From Rhodospirillaceae bacterium (lineage in GTDB: Bacteria > Pseudomonadota > Alphaproteobacteria > Rhodospirillales > Rhodospirillaceae), in assembly GCA_002737725.1 (NCBI GenBank), contig NSIP01000001.1, positions 272,921-336,920 on the forward strand: 64,000 nucleotides of DNA, written 5' to 3'. The notes beneath the pieces are model-generated. The model made no database searches and was not told the DNA's origin. It was given only the letters and a program-made list of their open reading frames with translations. The translations under genes were made by a program, and so were the position numbers. Position 1 is the first letter of the stretch, and the number at the start of each line of letters is the position of its first letter. Of this stretch, positions 62,848 through 64,000 are shown piece by piece.

Positions 62848-63996
62848 TTAAGCCGCGCGCCGGCCGGCGGTGCTCCAGGTCTTTGGTTTGCGCGCACCAT
62901 GGCAGAACCACAGGCCGCCTTCGCCGCGTTTAATGTATTCTGCAAACAAAGCATCATCAGGAACGCCATGATCGCGCATAATCTGTTTCAGGTTGGCATC
63001 AGCCCAACCCATCCAGAAGGGCTCGCCGTTAAAGCGCACTTGCCAATCGTTCATCACCTGATCGGCTAATTTGAGATAGCCCGTCTGGTTGGGCACATCG
63101 ACGTGGAACGCCGCCCCACCCGGCTTCAAGACGCGCCAAGCTTCGCCCACCCACATGGGCAATCCGCGTTGCGTGGTTTCGTGTCCCATAATGTGTGAAA
63201 CGACTAGATCGAATGACTCGTTCGGGAAGTCCAGTGCCGTCGCGTCCATTTGATGAAAGTGCACAGCTTGGCCTTCGCTTTCGGCAAAAGCATGGGCCCA
63301 GCGCAGCAGGCCCGGGGCAATATCAATGGCATGCACTACGGCGTCAGGCAAAAGCTGCTTGTACGAGGGTGTGTTGCGGCCTGTTCCACATCCAAGTTCG
63401 AGGATGCGCATGGGTTTGAAGTCAGGGTAACGCTCAGACAAAACGCTTAAAACAAAATCGCCACCCGATTGTCCGGCCACGGCCTTGCGCCCGCGGCCCG
63501 CGCTATACATCAAGCCACCGCCGTTATAACGTGCACCCGCCATGATATCAGTGTCGTGACGCTCGAAGCAAAATCCACCAGGCTGGCGGTGAATCTCGGT
63601 TTTAGAAATATTACGTGGCAGTTTGAGGTTCGGGTTCAGCGTCAGCGTGCCTAATTTTCCGGGCCGCGCATTGATCATATCAAATGCTTTCTGTAACCGT
63701 GCGAAGTCGTGATTGAGCACGCCGTCGACGATCTCCCACATCATGCCTTGCGAAATATAGGTCAGCGCCGCCCACGCTTTATACAAATGTGTTTCTTCCA
63801 GCGCAGCTTTCGCCAATTTACGGTCGGCTTTGTCCGTATCGCTCAGTTTACGGCCAGCTAATTTTTCCAGATCAGGAGCAACGGCGGCCTCGAATAACTG
63901 GCGAATTTCACCCCCCATGGTCAGGTTGACGCGCTGCTTAAAAGCGACCAAAAAATTCCTGCGCGCGGTGTCGTCATGGGTCAGATGCAAGTTCAT
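62848..63996 (-). CDS. Class I SAM-dependent methyltransferase with N-terminal helical domain (paralog of 35782-36948)
   Basis: Motif I ILELGCGTGRN, motif II VVHAIDIA and VLKPGGAAF. It shares IH.(Q/M)PGG(F/Y) and (N/G)EPFW motifs with the paralog. The start is 5 nt from the window end. Confidence 0.78.
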   Translation of the reverse strand: MNLHLTHDDTARRNFLVAFKQRVNLTMGGEIRQLFEAAVAPDLEKLAGRKLSDTDKADRKLAKAALEETHLYKAWAALTYISQGMMWEIVDGVLNHDFARLQKAFDMINARPGKLGTLTLNPNLKLPRNISKTEIHRQPGGFCFERHDTDIMAGARYNGGGLMYSAGRGRKAVAGQSGGDFVLSVLSERYPDFKPMRILELGCGTGRNTPSYKQLLPDAVVHAIDIAPGLLRWAHAFAESEGQAVHFHQMDATALDFPNESFDLVVSHIMGHETTQRGLPMWVGEAWRVLKPGGAAFHVDVPNQTGYLKLADQVMNDWQVRFNGEPFWMGWADANLKQIMRDHGVPDDALFAEYIKRGEGGLWFCHGARKPKTWSTAGRRAA

Positions 63997-64000
63997 ATCG

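Noticed and set aside
1-64000. CRISPR arrays, tandem repeats, IS elements or transposases, and known defence or toxin-antitoxin modules.
   Set aside because: A visual scan showed no regularly spaced direct repeats, no transposase, recombinase or nuclease-helicase-like ORFs, and no paired small ORFs with toxin-antitoxin features. A computational repeat finder and HMM scan would be needed to be certain.

Overview
The window reads as a chromosomal segment from a moderately GC-rich alphaproteobacterium. The lineage call rests on an Hsp20-DUF1150 pair with a ROSE-like leader, a DinB with an N-terminal Cys4 extension, and intergenic repeats of a type I recall from other alphaproteobacteria. All product calls come from motif and architecture recognition by eye; no searches were run.

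Gene content is mostly transport and catabolism:
- 1-6.7 kb: a partial FAH-family gene, a complete peptide/opine-type ABC importer, and a small 2Fe-2S protein.
- 6.7-19.3 kb (minus strand): a tightly packed catabolic operon with amidohydrolase, acyl-CoA ligase, a Liv-type ABC importer, FAD oxidase, aldehyde dehydrogenase and FAD monooxygenase.
- 19-30 kb: ggt, VOC and cupin genes, a frameshifted PAS-EAL gene, sufE, arfB, an ABC exporter, dinB, and a coxG-S-M cluster with no large subunit.
- 30.3-32.5 kb: a gene-decay patch with OsmC-family and alpha/beta-hydrolase pseudogenes.
- 32.5-47.5 kb: orphan family-5 binding proteins, a GST / FGE-like / TonB receptor / IclR / methyltransferase / 108-aa protein / serine hydrolase cluster, aspartate dehydrogenase, a PhyH-family dioxygenase and mtgA.
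- 47.5-64 kb: an AI-2E transporter, ppnN, periplasmic redox and folding genes, tRNA-Arg(CCT), DUF1150-hsp20, two tandem didomain alpha/beta-hydrolase-like paralogs, an orphan ABC ATPase, TetR, an MFS transporter, pip, and a second copy of the unusual methyltransferase.

No CRISPR array, transposase, integrase, phage gene or recognisable defence gene was seen.

The most unusual items are:
1. A 1060-aa protein that fuses two tandem Liv-type substrate-binding domains to a LivH permease.
2. The twin didomain alpha/beta-hydrolase-like proteins, which have non-canonical nucleophile elbows, plus a decayed single-domain relative.
3. A dispersed family of about 50-65 nt repeats that mostly start right after stop codons.
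4. A methyltransferase family with a long N-terminal helical domain, present twice.
5. Several candidate RNA or operator elements.
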